Origin: Candidatus Bathyarchaeota archaeon
GTDB lineage: Archaea; Thermoproteota; Bathyarchaeia; 40CM-2-53-6
Length of the DNA: 64,000 nt
Direction of reading: 5' to 3'
NCBI GenBank assembly: GCA_963733055.1
Contig: CAVTBR010000001.1
Span: 544,001 to 608,000, forward strand
Part shown: in pieces, positions 50,998-61,720 of the stretch
Layout: each line of letters opens with the position of its first letter
Numbering within the stretch: the stretch's first letter is position 1
Made by a program: the position numbers and the translations under genes
Notes under the pieces: model-generated
Databases searched by the model: none
What the model saw: the letters and a program-made list of their open reading frames with translations, nothing else
What the model was told of the DNA's origin: nothing

Positions 50998-52368
50998 ATG
51001 ATGTTGGTGTACCGCGACAAAATCGCAAAACTTCTCCTAGTCACCATAATTTTGACGTATGTTGTCGTCGCGTGCCTCTTCAGTTTCACCGTGCCATTGT
51101 ATGAGGCCCCAGACGAACCTCACCATCTATTGTATGTTGACTTCATCGCCGCAAATCATAGATTACCGAACCTAAACACCGCAGACAGGGCTAGTGTTCC
51201 GAACGAAGGATATCAGCTCCCGCTCTACTATGTTTTGGCGGCCGGGCTGCTTAATCTCCTTGGTAGAAGTCGAGTCGACCCAGCAATACAGATAAATCCG
51301 GCTTATCTTGCGGGCGTACCTAACGTGCTGAATGAATATCTTCATTCACCCAACGAGTATCTCCAACCAGACGCCCTAGTAGTGCATTTCCTACGGCTTT
51401 TCTCCATACTTTGGGGCGCCGTGACAGTATATCTAACCTACAAGATCGCTCGCACCATACAGCTAGAGACTTACATAGCGCTTCTCGCGGCCGCGATCAA
51501 CGCCTTCATTCCAGAGTTTCTCTTTCTAACTGGAATCGTGAGCAATGACAGCATGTCTTGGGCGATGTCCTCATTGGTCATACTACTAACCTTACGCTTG
51601 TACATGAACAAAGACGTAGATTGGCACAATATCCTCTATTTGGGAGTGGCATTGGGCGCAGCTTTACTGACGAAAGCGACTTTGATAATTCTCATCCCCT
51701 TCGTCATTGCAGTGATCATCCTGAAGGCCTCTTCAGGAGAGGGACGGAGAATTAGACCCAAACTCTTCAAAGTTACGTTGAGCTTGGTTGTGATAGTCGC
51801 GTTGTTGGCGGGATGGTGGTACGTTAGAAGCATTGTACTCTACAATGATTTCACGGGGTTGAAGATGTGGGTGGAACTCAACCCATCTCTGATTGTAAAG
51901 AAGAGCATCTGGTCACCATACTTTGAAACAATCTTTCCGATTTGGGTATTCTCGAGCTTTTGGGCAGTTTTTGGATGGATGGATGTATGGCCTAATCAAA
52001 TCTTCTTCGTGTTTTACGGTATGCTCTGCTCGGTAGGAGGAATTGGCGCAATTGTAGAAACCTTTGACCCGTCGGGTACTCCGAGTTCAGGTTCGAAAAT
52101 AAGGCTTACGCAATTGATGCTAATTGGTTTCTTCGCGCTCGCTCTTGCTGCACTCATTTGGGCAAACTTAACAATAAGTATGCCCCAAGGCCGGGAACTC
52201 TTTGACGCGCTATCCGCAGTTTGCATTCTCTTGGCTCAAGGATTGAGCCGTGCTCTCAGAACAAAATCCGACTGGTTTCCACGCATCGTCCTCTCAGGAT
52301 TAGTGGTTGTGATGTTCGCCCTGAGCATTCATTTCCTACTCTTCCTTAGAGCCATCTACGCGATATAG
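50998..52368 (+). CDS. GT-C (PMT_2/DUF2142-like) glycosyltransferase
   Basis: EAPDEPHH, QLPLYY, LRLFS, VSNDS, LLTKAT, QGRE. Confidence 0.75.
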   Translation: MMLVYRDKIAKLLLVTIILTYVVVACLFSFTVPLYEAPDEPHHLLYVDFIAANHRLPNLNTADRASVPNEGYQLPLYYVLAAGLLNLLGRSRVDPAIQINPAYLAGVPNVLNEYLHSPNEYLQPDALVVHFLRLFSILWGAVTVYLTYKIARTIQLETYIALLAAAINAFIPEFLFLTGIVSNDSMSWAMSSLVILLTLRLYMNKDVDWHNILYLGVALGAALLTKATLIILIPFVIAVIILKASSGEGRRIRPKLFKVTLSLVVIVALLAGWWYVRSIVLYNDFTGLKMWVELNPSLIVKKSIWSPYFETIFPIWVFSSFWAVFGWMDVWPNQIFFVFYGMLCSVGGIGAIVETFDPSGTPSSGSKIRLTQLMLIGFFALALAALIWANLTISMPQGRELFDALSAVCILLAQGLSRALRTKSDWFPRIVLSGLVVVMFALSIHFLLFLRAIYAI

Positions 52369-52423
52369 GAGGCATAGCGGTTGCCAATCTTATTCGGCAC
52401 CTTGCGCAAGGCAAGATGCAAAT

Positions 52424-53398
52424 ATGGACATGGATTGCTTGCGCAACATGTTAAGCGGAGTCAATACACACTTGAACCCCGAAAAACCTGAACCTGTGCG
52501 AGTTCTGCTTGACGTCTACGAGAGGCGCCCCGACCTTCAAGAAGCTTTTCCAGAGGTGAAGAACCGAAATCTTCAACGTCTCATCAACTGGGCAGCAGCA
52601 GTTGTTTCGCAAGGAGGTTTCGAAACCGATTATTCAACGCTACTTGCTCATCGTTCTTGGTACCTTGCCAATGCCAACAAGGTTCGAGCGACGCATATTT
52701 TTGCGGACATTCTCTTGCATGTAAACAAACCACTGGTTCATGCGTTGAAAGGTCTCTTCGATGCCAATGCCAACGAAAACAAGATTCGAGAATCGCAAGA
52801 TATTTTTGAAGACATTCTCTTGCATGTAAACCAACCACTGGTTCATTCGTTGAAAGGTGTCTTCGATGAAACCGATATTTCAGAACACCTAACAACGCTT
52901 TCTATGTTGAGTGTAGAGTTTGAACTGAGGAATATATTGGAGCTAGGAGTGCGAACCGGAGAATCCACGGTTGCACTTACCGAAGCGGCGTCAGCAATAG
53001 AGGGTCACGTTTTCAGTGTGGATCTGTACGACTGCGTGGAGGCAAAGAGAAGAATCCGTGACTTCGGCTTGGAGAAGCGTTGGACATTCATCCAAGGTAA
53101 CGATCTGGAGGTAGCCGCTGAATGGACAACTCCCATCGATCACTTGTTCATAGACACAACGCATCTTTATTCTCACACCCTTCTCGAGCTTGAGGCCTTT
53201 GAATCCCACGTTCGGAAAGGAGGCTTCATCTCATTGCATGATTCGGTTTCGTCTACGGGCGTGATAGAGGCGGTAAAAGAATTTGTCCGACGGCATGCTG
53301 GCAGGTTTCGGTTTTATCATTACGTCAACTCTAATGGGTTGACTGTTCTGAGAAATGTTGGCTTAAGCAGCGGAGAACGGAATGTAACATCGTTCTAA
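52424..53398 (+). CDS. Class I SAM methyltransferase (Methyltransf_24-like) with N-terminal RPDLQ module and internal duplication
   Basis: ILELGVRTGEST, SVD, FIDTTHLY, GGFISLHD. Confidence 0.8.
   Translation: MDMDCLRNMLSGVNTHLNPEKPEPVRVLLDVYERRPDLQEAFPEVKNRNLQRLINWAAAVVSQGGFETDYSTLLAHRSWYLANANKVRATHIFADILLHVNKPLVHALKGLFDANANENKIRESQDIFEDILLHVNQPLVHSLKGVFDETDISEHLTTLSMLSVEFELRNILELGVRTGESTVALTEAASAIEGHVFSVDLYDCVEAKRRIRDFGLEKRWTFIQGNDLEVAAEWTTPIDHLFIDTTHLYSHTLLELEAFESHVRKGGFISLHDSVSSTGVIEAVKEFVRRHAGRFRFYHYVNSNGLTVLRNVGLSSGERNVTSF
52695..52868 (+). repeat. Two 69-bp direct repeats 105 bp apart inside the methyltransferase gene
   Basis: 52695-52763 vs 52800-52868 encode IFADILLHVNKPLVHALKGLFD and IFEDILLHVNQPLVHSLKGVFD. 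Confidence 0.9.
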
Positions 53399-53511
53399 CC
53401 AAAAGTAAGGTTTCTCCGCGGGTTTGTCACGACGTGAAAAACCTGACGACTCTAGAAGATGAATCGGTCTTAGGGCCGATTAGGTTTAGCGGAGTTTCGG
53501 GACGCGCATTG

Positions 53512-55334
53512 TTAGTCTAGAACAAAATAAGCTACGTTTTGCTCATAATAGAAATAAGGGCCATTCAATGCCACTATTTCAAGCGAGAGTGTGTGCTGGC
53601 CCTTTGCTAGAATTAATGCAGAGAATGAAGCGATGTAGCCAGAATACTCAAAGCGGGAATTTCGATAGGCGGCTGCCACGTCTGGTCTGTCTCCGCCATA
53701 AAGTGTAGGCAATTCAAGTTTTCCATCGATGACTATGAAGACCGCACGAGCCGTAGCGTTGGTCTGTTTATCCGCTGCCCAACCAGTGATGGTTATCGTC
53801 TCCTCTTGGTCCGAGTGAATTATGACGGGCGAACTGGTGTTGGACGCGATTCGCCCGTTTATCGTATCTAGAGAAAAGTAGGTGTCCGAACCGATGGAAG
53901 TCATAGATGATGTGGTAATGGCTGGTCCTCCAAATACGTTAAGTCGATTCTGTTCAAGAAAATTAGCTCGTTCTCGTACTACCGCCGCAGGCGTGTAGAG
54001 ATTGCCTTGTATGTTCTCATCCGATTGTATCTGGTAGGTCTTCAGTACATATGCACTCATTTCCCTCGATGATCTCCAATTCGCTCCCTCCTGCCAGCCC
54101 CCACTGTAAGAAATAACCAGACCTATTAGAAACACCGCTAGGAGAACTTTGACCCAGACTCTATAATTCATCGCAATTGATCTTCCTGACTTAGCCCTTC
54201 CATTCGTAACCCGTTCTCTACTAGGTGATTTCTGAGCGACCGTTATTGCCAACAAGTACAACCCAACTATCCCAAGCGACGTCACCGGCGTATATCTAGA
54301 GTTCAGAGCGTACGCTACTCCAAAGCCACCTCTTCCTATTGTGGAAGCTAGAGCGGATAATGCTCCGAAGAAAGTCAAAGATAGAAAGACACTGCCAGCC
54401 TTCAACATGTTTATCCGGTATGCCTGTCGCAACACAGCTGCTAAAACTAGAATCATGGTCAAACCAAAGGCAGCGGCCGTCGTTACGTCGAAAGAGAACG
54501 GCGCTCCGACCAGAGATAGGAAGTAGGCAATGCCTCCGAACGGTGTGCGAAAACGTATTCCCACGAAGGAAGGCCGCTGGGTCTAGTCCAGCCGTAGAAA
54601 TATGTTCCAGTCACAATTGACCCAGCAATAATCCACGTCAATGACCCGCGGATGTTCTGATTCCGACCATGCATGAGAATCTGATAGAGACCGACTGGCC
54701 AGACCAACAGTCCTTCCAGAGTTGAAAAGGAAGCAACAGTAGCCGTCACAAGAGCAACAATGAACGACTGAGTCGATCTCGAGCGCTCATCCAATAATGC
54801 GAAGGTTGACACGGCTGCGAATATTAGCAGATAAATCTCAAGGGAAGTGAAGCCCCACAAGATGCTGTCAGTTTGTCTAAAGCTGAAGAGGAGAAACGAA
54901 GCAGGTACGAAAAACAAAACCATTTTTGGATCTTTATGAGACTTGACCCAGTAGATATAGAGGAGTAAGACTGCTGTCAAAGTGAGCAGAAACCAACCGA
55001 GAAAGGTTTCGATCACGGCGTTGAACCCTGTGAGCTTCTCGGTGACAAGTGTGAGGAGGTTTGGAAAAAGAGGTCTGTGCTCGTTATGCTGAGCGAACAC
55101 ATCACTGACTGATAATCTTCCTTGGTTCAGTTTTTCCAAAAGCGGAACCATATCCCATTCGTCCCAGAAGACAACGTTCACGCCAAAAACCGCAATGTAA
55201 TACGCGAGCGCCACGGAAGGAAGCATCGCGAGGGACGCGTAGATGGTAAGCATGGTACGAGCGCGCAGGCCTTTTCTGAATCGACTTCCGACTCCTTCCT
55301 CTTTCGGTAACCGCAACGCCAACCTAGGATTCAC
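53512..55334 (-). CDS. Polytopic membrane protein, putative GT-C, with C-terminal Ig-like domain (one base missing near 54542)
   Basis: VNVVFWDEW...QHNEHR, SFSTLEGLLVWP, GRGG...NSRY, C-terminal ITGWAAD...RPDVAAAY...SGY. Confidence 0.65.
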
Positions 55335-55830
55335 GCCGCAATATTGTTATTTTATCATCATTGTCCTATCCATCAGGATCAATGCATGTTCAGCAACATC
55401 TCTCCCGCGCCAACAATTACGTCTTACTACCATTCGCCGCGTCGCCTTGCGAGGTCCGCCCACGGTGACTCACTCACACCAATTCGTTACACAAATCCAA
55501 TACAAATACAATGGCAGTCCAGAACAGTTTACCGGTTAGCGCCCTCTGACTGACAACTTGACAACACAGTCAGCGGCACAAGCCATAAGCAGCAACTGAG
55601 TTGGGTTGAATGATTCAATCAACAACGTGGAACATCGCGATCGATCTTGTGAGTTCCAGCAATAACACACCCTCATCCTTTCACACCACACGTGAGGTCA
55701 CCGTTACCCAATTGGCGCAACTCAACGACCTCACATTGTTCAGGTGTGATGAACAAAGTAATTAAAGGTTCGAGTTGTTCAAGTGTTATTCGCGCGCGTT
55801 CTATCGGATCCTTAGAAGGCTCATAGTAGG

Positions 55831-57270
55831 TTGCGTCTTCTCCACTCCAGTCATCTGCAGTTGGTGGTTGTCTTACTAGTGCTCGGTTTCTTCACTTTTT
55901 TTTCGTTAGCTAAGATGTCCTTCTATCCTGATGAGAGTTTTTTCATCTCTGAAGGAATTCATGCGTTTTCACTCGTTCGAGAAGGGAGGCTGTTTGATCC
56001 CTGGTGGACTGCGAGATCGCCATGGTACACAGTTAGCCCTCCGCTATCCGAACTAGTCTTCGGTATGGCTGAATATCTCACCGGCACGTCAAGCGGCAGC
56101 TGGTATTTCTTCATACCGACTGGTTTGGTTGGTCAAATTCCGCCTCTCCACATCGTGTGGGTAGCAAGAGTGGCTTCTGCTGTGGTAGCGATGCTAACGT
56201 TGCCCTTGGTGTATTTGATAGGTCGCAAACTGAGTAGCCACCTGACAGGTCTGACGGCTGTTATCTTCCTAGGCTTGGATACTCTATGGCTTATGTCCGC
56301 TAGGAGAGCCATGGCTGATATCTTTGGAACTATTTTCTCGGTCGCGGCAATATTGCTATTCCTGGTTTACGCGAATTCGAAGGATTTCAAGGCTCTCTTG
56401 TTATGTGGTGTTGCTCAAGGTTTGGCCTTGGCGTCAAAGTACACTTCGATATTTGGATTAGTGGCAACTGCTCTTCTACTCCTCATTCTATCTGAGAGGC
56501 GTTTTTCAACGCGTGAGTTAGCAGTAAACGAGGTAGTCTTCGTCGGAATCTCAATCTCGCTGCCTATCCTACTGAACCCGTTTTTCTACCCCGATCCTAT
56601 ACATGGCGCTTTAACACTGGCCAAGTACATGTCCGGCGGATTTCAATTTGCAGGCCTAAGGCCGGGCCAATCAAACCCAATTGAAACACTTCTTGGAGTA
56701 ATCGGGTCATTGTTGGTTCCTATCTCGCCCAATTACTCTACTTACACAACCGTAGCAACATCAATCCTTTTTGTGATAGGATTCGTGATGTTGGCGTGTG
56801 ACCTTAGAAAAGGCCCTAAGGAGAATGTTACGGGTGCAGTTTTGCTGACATGGCTTGGAGTATATGTAGTTGGCATGTCGCTCACGCTTAGGGTGATTTG
56901 GGTTTACCGCTACTATCTGCCTCTCATTCCGGTAATCTCCTTGATCTCGGCTTATGGTTTGTCGATATTGGTGAAAGGCATGGGCCCACGACTATCTGCC
57001 TTAATCGTCTCTCTGCTAACGCTCAGTATGGTGCTTAACGTTCTAGCATTTTACCCTGAGTTCTATCAAGGTGTAACGAGCAACGATTGGGGAACGCTCC
57101 AACTTGCAGTTCTTGAACCACTTGGCATAACTTCAGTTGCCCTAAGTGCATTGGCATTTGCGATGGCGTTGTTTTGGAGAAGATCGCTAACTTCAAGAAT
57201 CCTGCATCGGCCAACGAAGCTCGCCAAACGGCCGCCAGATCAAAGTTCTGCCTTAGTGAGGCTTACATGA
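55831..57270 (+). CDS. GT-C (PMT/ArnT-like) glycosyltransferase
   Basis: FYPDE, SPPL, ARVAS, RRAMAD, LASKYT, YRYYLP. Confidence 0.75.
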   Translation: MRLLHSSHLQLVVVLLVLGFFTFFSLAKMSFYPDESFFISEGIHAFSLVREGRLFDPWWTARSPWYTVSPPLSELVFGMAEYLTGTSSGSWYFFIPTGLVGQIPPLHIVWVARVASAVVAMLTLPLVYLIGRKLSSHLTGLTAVIFLGLDTLWLMSARRAMADIFGTIFSVAAILLFLVYANSKDFKALLLCGVAQGLALASKYTSIFGLVATALLLLILSERRFSTRELAVNEVVFVGISISLPILLNPFFYPDPIHGALTLAKYMSGGFQFAGLRPGQSNPIETLLGVIGSLLVPISPNYSTYTTVATSILFVIGFVMLACDLRKGPKENVTGAVLLTWLGVYVVGMSLTLRVIWVYRYYLPLIPVISLISAYGLSILVKGMGPRLSALIVSLLTLSMVLNVLAFYPEFYQGVTSNDWGTLQLAVLEPLGITSVALSALAFAMALFWRRSLTSRILHRPTKLAKRPPDQSSALVRLT

Positions 57271-57614
57271 AGAATATGGTTCGTTAGCTGGTGAGCTTTG
57301 AGACTGATTACCGTATCCCAGCTTCGTTTTCTGTTATGTTGTCCTGATTATTTGAATTTGATTCGCCTAGAATCTATAAGTGTGTGATACTACTGGTGCG
57401 CACACGCATTTTCTAACGGCAGAGTACGACGGTTCAAATTTGGGCGAATTGAAGTCGTAGGTGTTTACAGTGGCGTTTGCCACACTCAGCATTTACCAAT
57501 TAAGAGGCAAAGGTAAAACGCAAAGGATGGGCGAGACTAAGCCACTCCAACCAGAACGTGCTACGCTCGAAAAGTGTGATAAGAGCGCGGGACTGAACAC
57601 ATGAACGGTACCAA

Positions 57615-58592
57615 ATGAATAGAAGAGAGTTCCTCAAGGTATCAGGAAACTTATTCGCCGCAGCAGGTTTCGGGTATGCACTGAAACAGGCTGGAATAGA
57701 AACACTGCTTCCAGAAGTGTTGGCATCAAATATCCACTTAGAGTCTAATGTTCCTTCGATAAATGTCCCAATCTCTAATGAGCCGCTGAACATTCCTATG
57801 GACGGTCAGTGGCATGACACTTGGACCGACTCAACAAAAATTGATCTGGTGAACACGCTAGGCGGTACTTACCCCTACAGCGGAAAGACTGGCTACGCAT
57901 TTGCCGGCCTCAAGTGTGACCAAGACTACATCTATTGTTATGTTGAGTACCTCCCTCCTCCGGACGATTCAGGAAAAAGAGCTTTCAACCCCAACGAACT
58001 CCTGATTCTTTTAGACACCAAAGATGAGGGTTGGGCGATCCCTCACAGTGATGACTATTTATTCGATGTAAAACCGTCTGAGATTTCGGAGCCATATCAC
58101 GAATTATACTATCAAACTGGGTTAGACAACCAAACCAAAGGCTGGTCAACCCCTCCCGGTTACCACGTAACTGTTAATACATTCGCAGATTCCGCATTTT
58201 CAATAATTAGCACTCCAACAATCCCTCAACACCATCCATACTACGAGTTTCTGGCTTCGAGAAATGGACTTGAAATGAGTAACCCATTTCGACTATGCCT
58301 TGTCGCCATAGACAACCACGTGGTATCACATGATAATGGCGTTACGCAATTCTGGGCGTCTTTTCCTGCCAACGATTTTGCAACTCCAGACAACATATTT
58401 TGGTGGCCTGGCGGCTGGGCGAACGTCTACCTCCAACAGCAAACCCCAACCACCTCCGTTACAAACTCGCAGCCCATCCCGAGCAAACCCTTCGATTCTG
58501 CTGAGCTGGCGGAGTTAGGTGGCGCAGTGGCACTTGGACTTGGGTTGATGGGTCTTTATTCTGGGAGAAGATCGAAGAATAAGGTTGGATAG
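57615..58592 (+). CDS. Tat-exported, C-terminally anchored protein with DOMON/CBM9-like domain
   Basis: MNRREFLK, IPMDGQW...W, CDQDYIY, LLDT, YEF, C-terminal TM and basic tail. Confidence 0.6.
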   Translation: MNRREFLKVSGNLFAAAGFGYALKQAGIETLLPEVLASNIHLESNVPSINVPISNEPLNIPMDGQWHDTWTDSTKIDLVNTLGGTYPYSGKTGYAFAGLKCDQDYIYCYVEYLPPPDDSGKRAFNPNELLILLDTKDEGWAIPHSDDYLFDVKPSEISEPYHELYYQTGLDNQTKGWSTPPGYHVTVNTFADSAFSIISTPTIPQHHPYYEFLASRNGLEMSNPFRLCLVAIDNHVVSHDNGVTQFWASFPANDFATPDNIFWWPGGWANVYLQQQTPTTSVTNSQPIPSKPFDSAELAELGGAVALGLGLMGLYSGRRSKNKVG

Positions 58593-58652
58593 GCAGAATT
58601 TGTGAGATGTACGACTTAGACGGCCCTCGTCAACCTTTGGTAGAGAAATATA

Positions 58653-61411
58653 TTAGACAGATTCATGCAGTCGCGGGCGAGAGCTTAGCGTATAGAGCCT
58701 GTCTTCTGACTCAAGTGACAGGTTGGCATTATAGAATGGATCGCAGCGTAATAGTTTCTTCCATTTGTTTGTGAAATATCGGAGGTCACTTCAGGAAATG
58801 TTCGCCGAGTCGCGCCTTCCAAATGATAAAGCACAGAGTATGGTGTGTAAACCGTAAGGTACCCTAGTTCATATGCTCTAATACACAAGTCTACGTCGTT
58901 GCCTCCAACCGTCAAATTCACGTCGAACCCTTTAAGGCGGTCGAAAAGTTGACGCTTGATCATCATACATGCAGCCGTTACGGCCACAGAGTTTCTGATT
59001 ATGTGGGCAAACCCAAAATAAGTAGCGTCCGAATCGGGAATTCCGCGAAATGGGTGACCGGCCGATCCCCCACAACCAAGAATTACGCCCGCGTGCTGAA
59101 TTCGCCTGTTTTTGTACAGCAGTTTGGCTCCCACGATTCCCACGTCCGCACGGCTCTCTAGAATACTGACCATCTCCTCAAGCCATCCGCATTCCATTAC
59201 TTCAGTGTCGTCGTTGAGAAACAGGAGGTAGTCTCCTTTTGCGTGTTCGGATGCAAAATTGTTGATCTTGGCGAAATTGAATTCTTCGTCATATCTGAGC
59301 ACTTCACACTCCAAAGATCGCAGATATTCCATAGTTTTGCTATTCTCGCTGCGATGGTCGACAACGATTATTTCGTAGTTCTCGTAGCTCGTCTTCGTCC
59401 TAATGCTCTCCAAACACGCCTTCAGTAGGTCTGGTTTGTCACGTGTGACAATTATTATTGAGATCAAGGGATAGTTTGCAAGCTTGTATCGAACTCGATA
59501 CCATTGATTGTAACCGTCTAAGATCTCCGCCTCAATGCCTCGACGGTTCATGGCCTCTTTCAACGCCTTCTTAGCAGCGTCTCTAGCAAATGGCTTGGCT
59601 GCAAGCGAAGAGGCGGTAGATTCACTAGTTCTGCGCCAGCTGTAAACCGGCTTCGCCACATGACCAATTCTGTTAGATCTTTCTGTCACTCGCAAGGCCA
59701 TATCATAGTCTTGAGCTCCTTCGAAACCCTCGCGAACGCTCCCTACTCCCAGAAGGACTTCTTTCCTGCATACTACCAAGTGTGGGACATAATTCATCGA
59801 AAGAAGTAAATCTGGAGACCAATCGGGTTTAAAGAACGGGTTAACTCTGCGCCCATATTCGTCGATTATGTCTTCGTCTGTGTAGATGAAATCTAATTCA
59901 GGTCGAACATTCAGTATTCGTGCAACTTCGAACAACGCGTCCTCGGCGAGTTTGTCATCATGATCTAGAAATCCAACAAATTGACCATTCGATATGGAGA
60001 GCGCTTGGGCAGTGGCTCCTGCGATTCCTTCATGCATCTTTAGAAGAGTTGCTTTAATGCGATTATCTTTTCGGGCGTAGTCGCGAATGGTCTCTCTCAA
60101 GGCATCATCTGATAAGTCATCTGCAATGCATAACTCCCAATTCGGATAGATCTGCCCTCTTACTGACTCAATTGCCTCGGTAAGCCACTTCGGATCAGGA
60201 TTATAGACGGGCATGAGAATGCTAATCGTAGGTTTCTGTGGAAAGCGGTCGATTTCCTGCCGGGCATCATTACGCATCCTCTCGGTATATGCGAAGCGCG
60301 AAATCCACTTGTTATACCTGCTCATTTTGATAGCGTTCCGTGATCGCAAACGCGCATAGAATCTGAAGGGCATCGTGATTACTTTTCTCGTGTTTGATGC
60401 GAGATTCTTTCGGAACCTATCTCTTGACGTGTTTTCCGGAAACAATCGGTTGACTTGGGATTCAAGTCGGGTCCAGAACTTGAATGCAAGAGTTTCGCAG
60501 ATGGCACTGAAGGCAACTAACTGACTCGTAATGGAAAGATAGTCTAACGAAGAATCATAAGTGGATTTTGCCCGAGCTATTAGATTCCCATACTCTCCCT
60601 GCATGACTCCAGCGAACGCAGTCTGAAGGTCCGGTCTCGATTTGTAGAGTCGTTGAAGGATATTCGCCATCTTTGACGGTTCCAAGAAGGCGCAAAACTC
60701 AGATAGGCCAGGCATATCGAAGTCTAGGCCTAAGAGTTCCGTTAACCCCGCGGGTTCAACATAAGAACTCACAAGCTGAATGTGTGAATCGCTCATTCGG
60801 CGTTCTGCTGGTACAGAAACATGTCGCGCTTCGGCATAGAGTTTTGAGTAACATAATGGCACGAGTCCCTCATACAGGATTATCGGATCGCCGTATTGCA
60901 CATCTACCACATTGAAGTCTCCACGCAGAAGCTGCTCGAGAGATCGCTTGTCGTAAAATCGCAATTGATTGGAAGGGATCGTACCCTCAAGGTACAGGCC
61001 CCGTTCCTTCAACCAAAAGTAGGAGTCACTTGCAGGAGTAGTGACCAGAAGATTCTGTCGAGAGACTCTGGCGGCTTCGTTAATTGCCTGTTCTGGTTTT
61101 TCCAACTGCTCGATTACACTACACATTAGGGCTGTGTCGAATGCCTTTTCGCGAAAACCTAATTGACCGGCATCCATAACCACAACTTCAACTCCAGCCA
61201 GTTTAGCTTCCTTCAGGTAATTCACGGACAGATCAATGCCAACACAGTACAATCCCACCTTGTTCAGTGGTTCACTATATGTACCGTACCCGCAGCCGAC
61301 ATCCAAGACCGCCTTTCCGACCCTATTTGAGAAAAATTCCAGATATCTTTGATTGGCTATACGGACAGGCCCTGCAAGACGAATTTCTTGCAAACTCGTT
61401 TCAACAGACAC
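58653..61411 (-). CDS. Methyltransferase-GT2-GT2 fusion, WsaE-like (one base missing near 58790; true stop 58653)
   Basis: VLDVGCGYG, then PVYN, FLDHDD, KPDWSP, GAQDYD, then FLNDD, IQHAG, AVTAAC, NDVDLC. The shifted frame restores DPFYNANLS. Confidence 0.82.
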
Positions 61412-61720
61412 AGTAAATCGGCTGTGATCCCCAGCAATTTCAGTTTATTTAACGATATTCCTAGCCGAAATATGGTTGGAAATGTACCACGTTTGCAAGG
61501 TGTAACCGTCCAAGCTTATCTCAAACCAGCAAATTTTGAGCGAGGATACAAGCGGTTAGTTCGTTCTCTGACCGCTTTCAAGCCAATGGGCAACAGCCTA
61601 CTTGCCTTACTTTGATCTCTCTCAATCTGTTTGAGGAGTAACGTCTAAGCGGTATTCTAATTTGGCTTGTTAGCTTACGAAATCTCTAGGACTTTTGAAG
61701 CCAGAACAGACTAGGGCAGT

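Noticed and set aside
55340-55830. ORF-poor gap with short hairpins between divergent GT-C genes
   Set aside because: Short imperfect palindromes only, compatible with ordinary divergent promoters.
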